From an uncultured cyanobacterium (lineage in GTDB: Bacteria > Cyanobacteriota > Cyanobacteriia > Phormidesmidales > Phormidesmidaceae): DNA of 64,000 bases. The notes under the pieces were generated by a model, which saw only the letters and a program-made list of their open reading frames with translations, did no database searches and was not told the DNA's origin. The stretch lies in NCBI GenBank assembly GCA_963793265.1, contig CAWBZI010000006.1, positions 320,001-384,000 of the forward strand. Reading direction: 5' to 3'. The position numbers and the translations under genes are program-made. Below are positions 21,415-31,089 of this stretch, in pieces (position 1 is the first letter of the stretch; the number at the start of each line of letters is the position of its first letter).

Positions 21415-21798
21415 TTGACACTTCAAGAGCTTCAGAATCAAGTGCTACAGTTACCATTAAACGAGCGCTGGCGGCTAGTACAACAGATATTAGCCTCTAT
21501 TCAATACGAAACTGTCTCTCCTGAATCCTCTTCCCCAGAAGGCTCTGAATTTCAGCATATTTACTATCGATTAGGCAGTAGCGGCAAGGCCAGTCCTACA
21601 ATCAAAGGAACTCGTATTAGGGTTCAGACGATCGCAATCTCAGCGCAGCACTGGAACTGGCAACCTGAGCAAATTGCAGAGGAATACGGTTTATCTGAAG
21701 ACCAAGTGGTCGAAGCTCTAAAGTTCTACGAATTGCACAAGGCTGACATTGACTCAGACATCACGTCTGAAGCAGTCTTTGCAGCAACGTATGTCTAA
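21415..21798 (+). CDS. DUF433-domain putative antitoxin
   Basis: PTIKGTRIRVQTI...EQIAEEYGLSEDQVVEALKFY. GGAGG RBS before a TTG start. Confidence 0.85.
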   Translation: MTLQELQNQVLQLPLNERWRLVQQILASIQYETVSPESSSPEGSEFQHIYYRLGSSGKASPTIKGTRIRVQTIAISAQHWNWQPEQIAEEYGLSEDQVVEALKFYELHKADIDSDITSEAVFAATYV

Positions 21799-22144
21799 GC
21801 TTAAACTGCATCTGGATGCAGATGTTTCGATCAAGGCTTTGCATTCAGCATTACTCAATCGGGGACACGATGTTACAAGAACCCCGAATGGTTGGATGCC
21901 CGAGGACGCCAGTGATGAGTTTCAGCTAATCACTGCGACCGAGCAGGGGCGCTGCATTCTTACATACAACGTCAAAGACTTTATTGCACTAGCAAGCAAG
22001 TTTCCGCAGCATCAGGGCATTTTGCTTGCAACACAAAGAGATTGTTTTTTTTCAGATTTGATTCGTTCGCTAGAGCGAGTACTTACAGAGACTCACTCTA
22101 AGGATTGGAAAGATCATGTGGGTTGGCTAAGTCAGTGGCGTTAG
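21791..22144 (+). CDS. DUF5615 PIN-like putative toxin
   Basis: LHLDADV, GHDV, SDEFQL, RCILTYNVKDF, HQGIL. Overlaps the DUF433 gene. Confidence 0.85.
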   Translation: MSKLKLHLDADVSIKALHSALLNRGHDVTRTPNGWMPEDASDEFQLITATEQGRCILTYNVKDFIALASKFPQHQGILLATQRDCFFSDLIRSLERVLTETHSKDWKDHVGWLSQWR

Positions 22145-22161
22145 CGATCGCAAATAGTCCA

Positions 22162-23067
22162 TCAATTAGCCTGCGCTTCTAGCTCATTAATAAGCCCCTG
22201 CAACTGCTCGCTATCAGCGTGGTACTTCTCATTGCAAAAGTGGCAAACCGCCTCAGCCCCATGATCTACTTCAATCATGTCTTTGAGTTCATCGACGCCG
22301 AGTAGCTTGAGTGCGCCCAACATGCGATCGCGCGTACATTTACAGCTAAACTGCACAAGCTGAGAACTCGGCAGCATTTCTAACCCAATATCACCCACCA
22401 GCTCTTCAATAATCTGCGGCAGCGTCTTCCCCGCTCGCAGCAAAGGCGTAAATCCCTGCAATTCTTTTAGCCGCTCTTCTAAGACCGTAATTAACAGCTC
22501 ATCGCGCGCGGCCTTTGGCAAAATCTGCAATAGCAAGCCGCCTGCAACCTCCACACCATCTGCACCGACAAACACGCCCAGCACCAAAGCCGAAGGCGTC
22601 TGCTCAGAGGTCGCTAAATAGTGCGTAATATCGTCGCCAATCTCACCTGAAATTAGCTCTACGGTGCTGGAATACGGATAGCCATGGCCGACATCGCGCA
22701 CCACGTACAAGTAGCCATCGGTACCAATCGCACCACCCACATCCAGCTTGCCGTTTTCATTCGGCGGCAGCTCCACATGCGGCTTTTCCACATAGCCGCG
22801 CACGGTTCCATCTAGCCCAGCATCTACTAACAACCCGCCCAAAGGCCCATCGCCTTTAACGCGAATATTTACCCGAGACTGTGGCTTTTTCATACTCGAA
22901 GCCAGCAGTAAACCTGCCGTCATTGAGCGGCCTAGCGCTGCGGTTGCCACGTATGAAAGGCCGTGACGCTGACGGGCAATTTCTGTGAGGCGAGTGGTGG
23001 TCACGCCAACAACTCTAATACCGCCATCTGCTGCGATCGCCCGAATTAACTGATCTGCCATACCCAA
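22162..23067 (-). CDS. hslO: Redox-regulated chaperone Hsp33
   Basis: ATAALGR, SEQTPS, CKC...CHFC zinc motif. Confidence 0.96.
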   Translation of the reverse strand: MGMADQLIRAIAADGGIRVVGVTTTRLTEIARQRHGLSYVATAALGRSMTAGLLLASSMKKPQSRVNIRVKGDGPLGGLLVDAGLDGTVRGYVEKPHVELPPNENGKLDVGGAIGTDGYLYVVRDVGHGYPYSSTVELISGEIGDDITHYLATSEQTPSALVLGVFVGADGVEVAGGLLLQILPKAARDELLITVLEERLKELQGFTPLLRAGKTLPQIIEELVGDIGLEMLPSSQLVQFSCKCTRDRMLGALKLLGVDELKDMIEVDHGAEAVCHFCNEKYHADSEQLQGLINELEAQAN

Positions 23068-23138
23068 TTTCTAAATCGTATTTATCTACTTATTGTAGAA
23101 CCCCGCTCAGTAATTCCTCCACCCGCAAAAAAACAGAC

Positions 23139-23169
23139 AAAAAAACGCCTCCTAATATATAGAAGGCGC
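23139..23169 (-). terminator. Terminator after chlP
   Basis: Minus strand gcgccttcta-tatat-taggaggcg-ttttttt. Confidence 0.7.
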
Positions 23170-23277
23170 TAAAGACAAAGAGGATAACGCAGTCATTAGC
23201 CTTCAATCTCTTGGGGAATTGGCTAGGCCGTTCCCCCGGCAAATCAGAGATTAAGACAGTTGCTTCAAAGCATCCAT

Positions 23278-24501
23278 TTAAGGAGCCAACGCATAACCAC
23301 GAAGCAGGCTACCAACCGTCTTCGCAGTAATCTTCATCTGCGTTAGTGGGTTAGCAGGCACAACAGTTTTATACAAGTAGCTGTCAAACGTCAGCTTTTG
23401 CACGTCGATGTCAGAGCACATTTCAACAAAGGCTTCGCGAGAGGCGTCACTGCGATAGAACACGCGCTGCAAAATATCAAGCACTTTGTAAGTAAGGCCG
23501 TATTCCTTATCCCACTGCTTGATATACAGCTTCAGCTCGTCCTCAGTGAGGGCGCGAGCACCGTTTTCGGAGTACTTCACAATAGTTTCAGCACACATGC
23601 GAGCCGACTTAGCCGCAAAGTAAATGCCTTCACCCGAAGACTTCGTAACCGTACCAGCAGCATCACCAACCAGGGCAACCCGGCCAACCACGCGGCGAGG
23701 TCTGGGATGCTCAGGAATGGGGTGCGCCTCTACCTTAATGATTTCACCACCTTCGAGACGCTTAGCCGCACGGGCTCTGATGCCGCGCTGCAATTCTTTA
23801 ATGCGGGCCTGGTTAGGGCGCATGGTGCCAGTGCCGACTGCAACGTGGTCGTACTTGGGAAATACCCAGGCGTAGAAGTCAGGCGATACGTCATCACCGA
23901 CGTACATTTCGGCCAGCTCTTCGTAGTAAGCCATTTTGTCTTCGGGCAGGCGAATGCGCTCTTGGAAAGCGATCGCATAGTTATAGTCACCCGCATCAAT
24001 CGCTCTAGCCACACGAGAGTTTGCGCCGTCTGCGCCAATCACCATGTCTACTTTGAGCGTTTTGGCTTCACCCTGAAGACCTTCCTTTGAGTGGTCTGCA
24101 TAGTGCAGCACGTAAGGATCTCTGTCGTTACCAGGGATTTCGAGCTTGTGCACGGTGCCGTTGATTAGCTTAGCGCCGAGCTTGTGGGCTCTATCGCGCA
24201 AAAAGCCGTCTAGCACTTCGCGGCGACACATGCCGATGTACTCATCATCATTGAGCGTTTCACCGATGTTCACTTCTACGTTAGAAGGTGAAATCATCTT
24301 CATTTTGCGAACGCGACGATCGATGATTTCGGGGGGCAAATCAAACTCGTCAACCATGCAAAGTGGAATAGCGCCGCCACAGGGCTTTGCGTTGTCCAGC
24401 TTGCGCTCAAACATGTATGTCTCGATACCTGCTTTAACCAGTATCTCTGCGGCGGAAGATCCCGCTGAACCGGCTCCTACTACTGCGACCCGAAGTGCCA
24501 A
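23278..24501 (-). CDS. chlP: Geranylgeranyl reductase
   Basis: LRVAVVG, AKPCGGAIPLCM, GEGIYFAAKS. TTG at 24501 follows a GGAG RBS. Confidence 0.96.
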   Translation of the reverse strand: MALRVAVVGAGSAGSSAAEILVKAGIETYMFERKLDNAKPCGGAIPLCMVDEFDLPPEIIDRRVRKMKMISPSNVEVNIGETLNDDEYIGMCRREVLDGFLRDRAHKLGAKLINGTVHKLEIPGNDRDPYVLHYADHSKEGLQGEAKTLKVDMVIGADGANSRVARAIDAGDYNYAIAFQERIRLPEDKMAYYEELAEMYVGDDVSPDFYAWVFPKYDHVAVGTGTMRPNQARIKELQRGIRARAAKRLEGGEIIKVEAHPIPEHPRPRRVVGRVALVGDAAGTVTKSSGEGIYFAAKSARMCAETIVKYSENGARALTEDELKLYIKQWDKEYGLTYKVLDILQRVFYRSDASREAFVEMCSDIDVQKLTFDSYLYKTVVPANPLTQMKITAKTVGSLLRGYALAP

Positions 24502-24646
24502 GGGCTTATGCTCCACGAAATAAAAAACCTATGAGAAAAATCGTATACCGCTTTGAGGGGGGATGCTCGTAGAAGGCGCTTATGTTAAGCACATTGAAAC
24601 ACTGATTTACATTGCGAAAGGAATAAAAGCGCGTAATGCTGAGCCA

Positions 24647-25903
24647 TTATCCTTCTGGCAAATCGAAATAAAAGGTGCTGCCTTTACCTACGGTTGATTG
24701 CACGCTGAGCTGTCCCTTGTGCTGTTCTATCACCCGCTGACACAGCGCTAACCCAATACCGGAGCCTTCCGTTCTGTTCTTGCCTGCTCTGTTGAACATC
24801 TCAAAAATAGAGGCTTGCGATTCGGGTGGAATGCCGGGGCCGTTGTCGCTGATGCTGAATTTCCAGCGAGAGATTTGAGGGCGTGCAACCAACTGTCTGT
24901 TTGGGTGTTTCTTATACTGTCTCTCGGCGGCGATCGCAACAGTTGGGGTATCTGTATTGTTGTGAACAATGGCGTTTTTAATCAGGTTACTCGTGAGCTG
25001 AATAAGTAGCTGGCGGCTGCCGTAGACGACCGGCAGGTTGTCCCAGGTTACGTCTATGCGCTTTCCCTGAGCGCTGCGCTCTTGAATTAACGCCTGTAGT
25101 AGCTCTATCGAATCGCTCATCACAGCGTTCATGTCTACGGCGGTAAAGTCTTCAACGGTTTGCGATCGCAACTTCCCATAGTCCAACAGCGCGCCCACCG
25201 TTTGGTTCATCCCCTTCGCCGTCCGCCGACCCATCTCCACCAGCTTTTCCTGCTTCGCAGTCAGATTAGTGCGTTCGATCAAAGCAAGCGAGCTAGTGAT
25301 CACACCTAAGGGATTGCGAAGCTCGTGAGCCACCGTATGACTAAAACTCTCTAGAATTTCGTTGCTTTGTTTGAGCTGAGCTAGGGTATCTCGCAAAGCA
25401 TACTGCCGCGCCCGGTTACGCAGACAAGAGCTAACCAGTGTCGAAAATAGGAGTCTTTTTAGCGGCAGCTCTAGCAGCACGACGCTGCGGTGATGGGTGG
25501 TTTGGCCCAGTAGCGCCAGGCAGTCGCCAAACCGCTGACATTCTGAAAGTAGAATAATTACCGGAATATCTGACCAGTCGGGCTGCTGACTGAGGCGATC
25601 GCCTAGCTGCCGGGCCAAATCCTTATTCGCCAGCACTTCTTCAGTGAGCACCACTAGCGAGGCTTCAGAGGCAATCGCCTCCGAAACCGCCTCTACCGTT
25701 GGCTCATACATGCAAACAACCGCCTGCGCTGCTAGCATCTCTTGCAGCACCGCCGCATTCGGCCCCATGCGAGTAGCGAGCACCACGCGCGCCGGGATAG
25801 ATTCAGCCGCTTGTGCTGCTTGAGATTGTGCTGCTTGAGATTGTGCTGCTTGAGATTGTTGAGACTGCTCTGATTGAAGCGTTAGGGTCTTATTCTTTGC
25901 CAT
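24647..25903 (-). CDS. Cytoplasmic sensor histidine kinase with N-terminal receiver-like domain
   Basis: H-box VAHELRNPL, N-box NLIKNAI, G1 DNGPGI, G2 GSGIGL. N-terminus carries LVVLTEE...QPDWSDIPVIIL. Overlaps the kaiC-like stop. Confidence 0.9.
   Translation of the reverse strand: MAKNKTLTLQSEQSQQSQAAQSQAAQSQAAQAAESIPARVVLATRMGPNAAVLQEMLAAQAVVCMYEPTVEAVSEAIASEASLVVLTEEVLANKDLARQLGDRLSQQPDWSDIPVIILLSECQRFGDCLALLGQTTHHRSVVLLELPLKRLLFSTLVSSCLRNRARQYALRDTLAQLKQSNEILESFSHTVAHELRNPLGVITSSLALIERTNLTAKQEKLVEMGRRTAKGMNQTVGALLDYGKLRSQTVEDFTAVDMNAVMSDSIELLQALIQERSAQGKRIDVTWDNLPVVYGSRQLLIQLTSNLIKNAIVHNNTDTPTVAIAAERQYKKHPNRQLVARPQISRWKFSISDNGPGIPPESQASIFEMFNRAGKNRTEGSGIGLALCQRVIEQHKGQLSVQSTVGKGSTFYFDLPEG
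25811..25859. repeat. 15-bp tandem repeat x3 (SQAAQ in the kinase N-terminus)
   Basis: (ttgtgctgcttgaga)x3. Confidence 0.9.
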
Positions 25904-27425
25904 CGTTCATTACAAAGTCGTTCGCTGTATAGTCTTGGTTGCTGTTAATGCGCTGTGGCATTCCAGAAAGGATGCCAGAGAAACCGCCCAGCGTTCGGCC
26001 AATCTCAATGCCGCCTTCCTCTATCTTCACTTCACAAATGTGTCTTTGATGCATCCCATAGCGATTTTTATAAACGCTGATCGCCTGCCTGATCTCACCA
26101 GCCGCTTCAAAGTGCCTCATGAGCAGAACAGTATCAGCTAAGTAGCTAATATCAACGGTCATATCCATTGAAATGCCGACAACGCCGTGCTGGGCCACCA
26201 TCAAAAAGGTCAGTACGCCCTGCTCGTTCAAACGCTTCATCAGCTCGTGCATTCGAGCAATCAGCCGATCTCTGCCGGGCATCGCGTTCATATAGCCTGT
26301 CAGCGTATCAACCACCACCATCTCAGCACCCCAATCTTCTACATCTCTATCGACCAGCGTAGAAAATTTTCCGGGGGTGATATTGCCAAAGCTCAGCTCG
26401 TGCAAACGTAGCCGGTCTTGCTCAACTAAGGGTACTAAATCCATCCCTAGCCCCTTAGAGCGCCGCGCAAACGTATCAATAGATTCATCGAATAAAAAGA
26501 TGCTGGCCCTGCCGCCCTGCTGCGCAAAGTGATAGAGAAACAGCGTGGCAATTGACGTTTTCCCGGTGCCTGATGGCCCCATCAGCAAGCAAGTCGTGCC
26601 TGAGAGCAGTCCGCCTCCAATTAGATCATCGAGTCCTGAAAGACCGCTGATTCTTTTTTCTGCTTTGGCAAGCTGTAAAGACTCTGCGCTGGCGAACTTA
26701 ATGTTCTCAGCCTGCCGGTGAGATCTATACACTTGCAGGCCGCTGTCTGTGATTTCAAAGTCGTGCACGCCGGGTTCGTAGTTGCTGGCGCGAATTTTAG
26801 TCACTCTAAGATAGCGGTGGTCGCTGCCGTGAGCGGTGGTAGAGAGCGACAGAGTGATAACCCCATGGGCCATGGAAACCAGTTCATGATCGCCTGAAGC
26901 AGCTTCGGGCGAGTCGGTGAGCAGCACCGTAATCTCTCTGCTAGACATATAGTCTCGCAGCATAAATAGCTGCTGGCGGTAGATCATCTCGTTGCCAGAG
27001 AGCATTCGCAACTGCGAGATACCATCGAACACAACCCGGCTAGGCTTAGCAGCATCAATAGTCTCCACGATAGCTTTCATGGTTTCTATCAGCTCAACTT
27101 CAGACGTATCGAAGATGGTTTGATTCTGGCTCAGCGCTTTAATCGCTGCAACTGAGCTGAGGTCGCAAAAAGAGATACCCGAAACATCAATACCTACTGA
27201 GGCTGCTGTTTGCTTCAGGCTTTCTATCCGCTGCGATAGGGCTAAACACATGACCTTCTCACCTGCGGCGGCGGCAGTCAAAAAATGCAGCGCCAGGGTG
27301 CTTTTTCCTGAGCCAGGTGCGCCGTTGATGACATAGAGTTCGCCAGTCGGCAGGCCACCGTGTAATATTTCGTCTAGGGTATCGAGTCCTGTAGAGGCGC
27401 GGTTTACGGCTTGATGCTGAACCAT
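25890..27425 (-). CDS. KaiC-like double RecA-domain ATPase (non-clock subtype)
   Basis: Two Walker A motifs (GAPGSGKS, GPSGTGKT), STGLDTLDEILHGGL / SGLSGLDDLIGGGL, DISYLADTV, K-x-R fingers. Confidence 0.88.
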   Translation of the reverse strand: MVQHQAVNRASTGLDTLDEILHGGLPTGELYVINGAPGSGKSTLALHFLTAAAAGEKVMCLALSQRIESLKQTAASVGIDVSGISFCDLSSVAAIKALSQNQTIFDTSEVELIETMKAIVETIDAAKPSRVVFDGISQLRMLSGNEMIYRQQLFMLRDYMSSREITVLLTDSPEAASGDHELVSMAHGVITLSLSTTAHGSDHRYLRVTKIRASNYEPGVHDFEITDSGLQVYRSHRQAENIKFASAESLQLAKAEKRISGLSGLDDLIGGGLLSGTTCLLMGPSGTGKTSIATLFLYHFAQQGGRASIFLFDESIDTFARRSKGLGMDLVPLVEQDRLRLHELSFGNITPGKFSTLVDRDVEDWGAEMVVVDTLTGYMNAMPGRDRLIARMHELMKRLNEQGVLTFLMVAQHGVVGISMDMTVDISYLADTVLLMRHFEAAGEIRQAISVYKNRYGMHQRHICEVKIEEGGIEIGRTLGGFSGILSGMPQRINSNQDYTANDFVMNDGKE

Positions 27426-27592
27426 TTCTTGAGAAGCTTTGATGAAAAAATTACGGAAGAGCACAAAACTACGCCCTCGGGTAGGGTAACGCAGCTTGGC
27501 AACCTAAGTTTAGAGAGAAAGGGTCTGCTGATAAATTTATACACAAAATCTGAGGAGAACCTTGAACCAGCATTCTCCTGAAAGCATTTCGT

Positions 27593-27606
27593 AGTACGCT
27601 TGTTCA
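27593..27606 (+). promoter_or_regulatory. Putative LexA box upstream of nurA
   Basis: AGTACGCTTGTTCA. GTAC-N4-GTTC core as in the lexA promoter box. Confidence 0.65.
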
Positions 27607-27652
27607 TGCCTATACGGCTGCTCTTCTTTCTCACTTCCACGGCAACCAAACT

Positions 27653-28840
27653 ATGGCAATCAAACCATCTCAAATTCAGCAGGTACTAGGCCGAAAACGC
27701 GCTGACTTTGCCAGCTTTGATGAGAGCACATCTAGCTATTTACAGCAGTACCGCGAAGCTTGGAACGAGTGGGTAAATCTATCAGAGACAAATAGAGATA
27801 AGTGGGTGAGCGCTCAGGAAGGAGACTTAGGTGCAAAGCCGTTAGAGCCCATATCGTCTGAGCACAGAGGCATTCTTCGTAGCGGCCTGAGCTGGGACAA
27901 TCGCGAGCAAAGCCTGAACTGGGTTAAAGATCATCTCACTGACGTCACTACGTTTGCAGTGGATGGTTCGCAGGTGTTTCCACAAAAAGACTTTTCGATT
28001 CCGATTGCGCTGGTGCAGATTGGCTGGTTTGAGAATCATCATTGCGCCGCAGGTGAATACGAAAAGGACATTTTGCTCGATGTGATGACGCCAAAGGATT
28101 TGGTGTCTGACCGATCGCAGCCAATGGATAGGTGGATCAACATGCGCCGGTTTTCCATGGAGGTGCAGCGTCTCATTGACTACATTACTCACGCCAAAGC
28201 TCGGGCCGAGGCGCAGGGGCGTGACCCCCATAGATGTCTGGTCTTTTTCGATGGATCGCTGGTGCTTTCGTTCGCCTCTATGCTCGATGAAAATATTCGC
28301 TCGCCGTACATCGATCAGGTTTTAACGCTGCTTAGAGCCAGTGAAAAGCATCAGGTTCCCTTAGTAGGCTATATCGATACTGCGCAGTCGAACGACATTA
28401 CAACGCTGCTGAGGACGTTCGACAAGCTCGAAACCACGCGGACGATTCACGATGCGAAGCTGCTGGATCGGTTGATGCAGTGGGGCGATCGCACCCCTCT
28501 CATGATCTGCGATCGCGGCGACATCCTCAACTCCTATGCCGAAATGCGCGATCGCATCGCTTTCACCTACCTCAAAACCAACGCCAACTATCCCGCCCGT
28601 CTGGAGCTGCCTAAATGGATTTGGGAAGCTGGGCGCGCTGAAGCGGTGATCAATCAGGTTCGCGCTGAGGTGATTGTTGGCAACGGGTATCCGTATGCCA
28701 TTGAAACGGCGGATCAAACCGCTGTTTTGCAGAGTCGCGATCGCCAAATCTTCTATCGCATTTTGCAAGACTGGGCCGAACAGGAGAACCTGGCACTGAG
28801 CCTGTCGCAGAAAATGATGAGTAAATCAAGACGCCGCTGA
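27653..28840 (+). CDS. NurA-domain nuclease
   Basis: FAVDGSQ, FFDGSL, VGYID, RLELPKW, GNGYPYAIETADQTAVL. Confidence 0.88.
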   Translation: MAIKPSQIQQVLGRKRADFASFDESTSSYLQQYREAWNEWVNLSETNRDKWVSAQEGDLGAKPLEPISSEHRGILRSGLSWDNREQSLNWVKDHLTDVTTFAVDGSQVFPQKDFSIPIALVQIGWFENHHCAAGEYEKDILLDVMTPKDLVSDRSQPMDRWINMRRFSMEVQRLIDYITHAKARAEAQGRDPHRCLVFFDGSLVLSFASMLDENIRSPYIDQVLTLLRASEKHQVPLVGYIDTAQSNDITTLLRTFDKLETTRTIHDAKLLDRLMQWGDRTPLMICDRGDILNSYAEMRDRIAFTYLKTNANYPARLELPKWIWEAGRAEAVINQVRAEVIVGNGYPYAIETADQTAVLQSRDRQIFYRILQDWAEQENLALSLSQKMMSKSRRR

Positions 28841-29013
28841 CCATAAAACACTGTCAGTAGCAGATAAAACTTATGTATTCGTTATTGCCAAACCTCTGAA
28901 ATCACTACTCTTGTGCGACTTCGGCTCGCTGGCTAAATTAGTATGCTGCTGCAAATGGTACGTTTCATGCCGTTAGCGTAAGGCACAGCTAACATCAGTG
29001 CGGCTAAGGCATA

Positions 29014-31089
29014 GTGCTCAACTTCAAAGACCCCTATCTCTGGATAAAACAACAATACAGCGTCATCTTCAAGCGGCGGCGCTTAGGCGAAAGTCAGTCT
29101 GCATCTGCTAGCCAGCTCAGTCTATGGTCAGGTTTAGTCGTTGCAACTATCTCCGTTGGGCTATCGGCAACGGGAGCTTGGAGCCTGCTAGAGCAGCAAA
29201 GCTACGACAATCTACACCAGGCCAAACGAAAGTTTACGGGCGAGCCGATGTGGGATAGCCGGGTCATCATCATCGCAATTGATGAGGCCAGCGTCGTTCG
29301 GTTGGGGCGTTTCCCCTGGTCGCGCAGTCTCTATGCCGATTTGCTCAACCAGCTTCAGAGCGCCCAGCCCGCTGCTATCACCTTCGATATTCTGTTCCCT
29401 GAGCATACGGATCAAGATTTAGCGTTTGGTCAGGCGATCGCTGATAGCGGCAACGTCGTGCTCGCAGTCGGTACCGATCGGCCAGGCAACTATCTCAATG
29501 TCAGCCCTAGCATTGCCGAGCAAGCTGATGGCTTTTTTCTGCGCGGTGATATCGGCAGTCGTGGCGATAACGATGGCGTGAGTCGGCGGTTGCCTCTGAC
29601 CTCTAGCAGAGAAGGCGTGCCCGCTTTGAGCTTGGCAACCATGCAGGTCTATGCCGACACGCTTGCAAATACTGTTCACTCGGATACTGTTCACTCGGAT
29701 AGTCAAACGGATCTGGTTGCCTCATCTAAGGTTTCACCACTCGCAGCGATTCCACCGAACGAAACTATTTGGATTAACTGGCCAGGCGAAGCAACGGCTG
29801 CCTATCAAAATAGTCATATCAACGATCTCAAAACCTATTCATACGCAGATGTCGTTGATGGATTAGTCGATACTCAGGTTTTTCAAAATAAGATCGTGCT
29901 GGTGGGTGCGACTATCGGCGGCATCGATCCGTTGCGGACGCCTTTTCATAAAGATGTGCCGGTCAGCGGCGTTTACCTCTATGCGGCTGCGCTCAACAAC
30001 TTGTTGAACCAGTCTTTTCTGCGGCGACCTTCTGTATGGCACAACACGCTGCTGCTCATTGGCCTGTCGTTTTTGGGTAGCTACCTGCTGCGTCGTCAGA
30101 GCATGTACCGACGACTATTAGTAGTGATGGGGTTTCCTGTGCTGTGGAGTCTGTTCGCCTTCGGTGTCTTTTTGCTGGGCTGGTGGATTCCAGTAGCAGC
30201 GCCGATTGGCACCGTTTTACTCTGCGCGATCGCCCTCCAACTTCACGAGCAGCAAGAAAAGCAACAGCTCATGGCGCTGCTCTCAATGAATGTCTCTCCG
30301 GGTACTGCCGAACTAATCTGGCGGCACAAAGGCGTCATTCTTGATCGCGGCGAACTTGCCGCCAAAAATCTCACGGCCACCGTGCTCTTTATGGACATTC
30401 GCGGCTTTACGAGCATTGCCGAAACGCTGCCGTCGCATAAGCTACTGCCCTGGCTCAATCAATACTTTGAAACCATGACCGACTGCATCATGCAGCACGG
30501 CGGCATGGTCGATAAGTATATTGGCGATGCCATGATGGCGGTTTTTGGTGCGCCTTTGCCCCGCACTCAGCCCGAAGATATTCAAGCAGATGCGATCGCG
30601 GCTCTCCATGCCGCCCTCGAAATGCACCAGCGCCTAAAATCGCTCAACTCTCACCTGCGCGCCCAAAACCTACCCACCATCAAATTCGGCATCGGCATCC
30701 ACACCGGCCCGCTTATCGGCGGCACCGTCGGCAACCGCCATCGCCTCAACTACTCCCTATTTGGCGACACCGTAAACATCGCGGCCCGGCTAGAAACTAT
30801 GACCAAATCCCTACCCGAGGACGCCCCCTTCAACCTGCTGCTTAGCGCGGCCACCTGCGAATACACCCGCGCCTACTTCCCCGTTGAGCTTTTCCAATCC
30901 GGCCAGCTCCCCGGTCGCGAGGGCCACACCGATACTTACACCATCACCTCAACCGTCATCTCAAAATCTTCGACATATAAGTTCCCCAAAGCTGCGCGGC
31001 CTGCGAGCTACTCCCGCCCGTCGGCGTATTATCGTCGTTCCCCAGCCACACGCCCGTCACAACCTCACGACGCGGCACAAAGCCAATAA
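29014..31089 (+). CDS. CHASE2-domain class III adenylate/guanylate cyclase
   Basis: IIAIDEAS..LGRFPWSRSLYA, TM helices, VLFMDIRGFT, KYIGDAMMAVFG, GDTVNIAARLE. Confidence 0.93.
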   Translation: MLNFKDPYLWIKQQYSVIFKRRRLGESQSASASQLSLWSGLVVATISVGLSATGAWSLLEQQSYDNLHQAKRKFTGEPMWDSRVIIIAIDEASVVRLGRFPWSRSLYADLLNQLQSAQPAAITFDILFPEHTDQDLAFGQAIADSGNVVLAVGTDRPGNYLNVSPSIAEQADGFFLRGDIGSRGDNDGVSRRLPLTSSREGVPALSLATMQVYADTLANTVHSDTVHSDSQTDLVASSKVSPLAAIPPNETIWINWPGEATAAYQNSHINDLKTYSYADVVDGLVDTQVFQNKIVLVGATIGGIDPLRTPFHKDVPVSGVYLYAAALNNLLNQSFLRRPSVWHNTLLLIGLSFLGSYLLRRQSMYRRLLVVMGFPVLWSLFAFGVFLLGWWIPVAAPIGTVLLCAIALQLHEQQEKQQLMALLSMNVSPGTAELIWRHKGVILDRGELAAKNLTATVLFMDIRGFTSIAETLPSHKLLPWLNQYFETMTDCIMQHGGMVDKYIGDAMMAVFGAPLPRTQPEDIQADAIAALHAALEMHQRLKSLNSHLRAQNLPTIKFGIGIHTGPLIGGTVGNRHRLNYSLFGDTVNIAARLETMTKSLPEDAPFNLLLSAATCEYTRAYFPVELFQSGQLPGREGHTDTYTITSTVISKSSTYKFPKAARPASYSRPSAYYRRSPATRPSQPHDAAQSQ

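Noticed and set aside
25890..27425. Canonical circadian kaiC
   Set aside because: No kaiA or kaiB neighbours, SY instead of ST, and the first-domain EE pair is missing.
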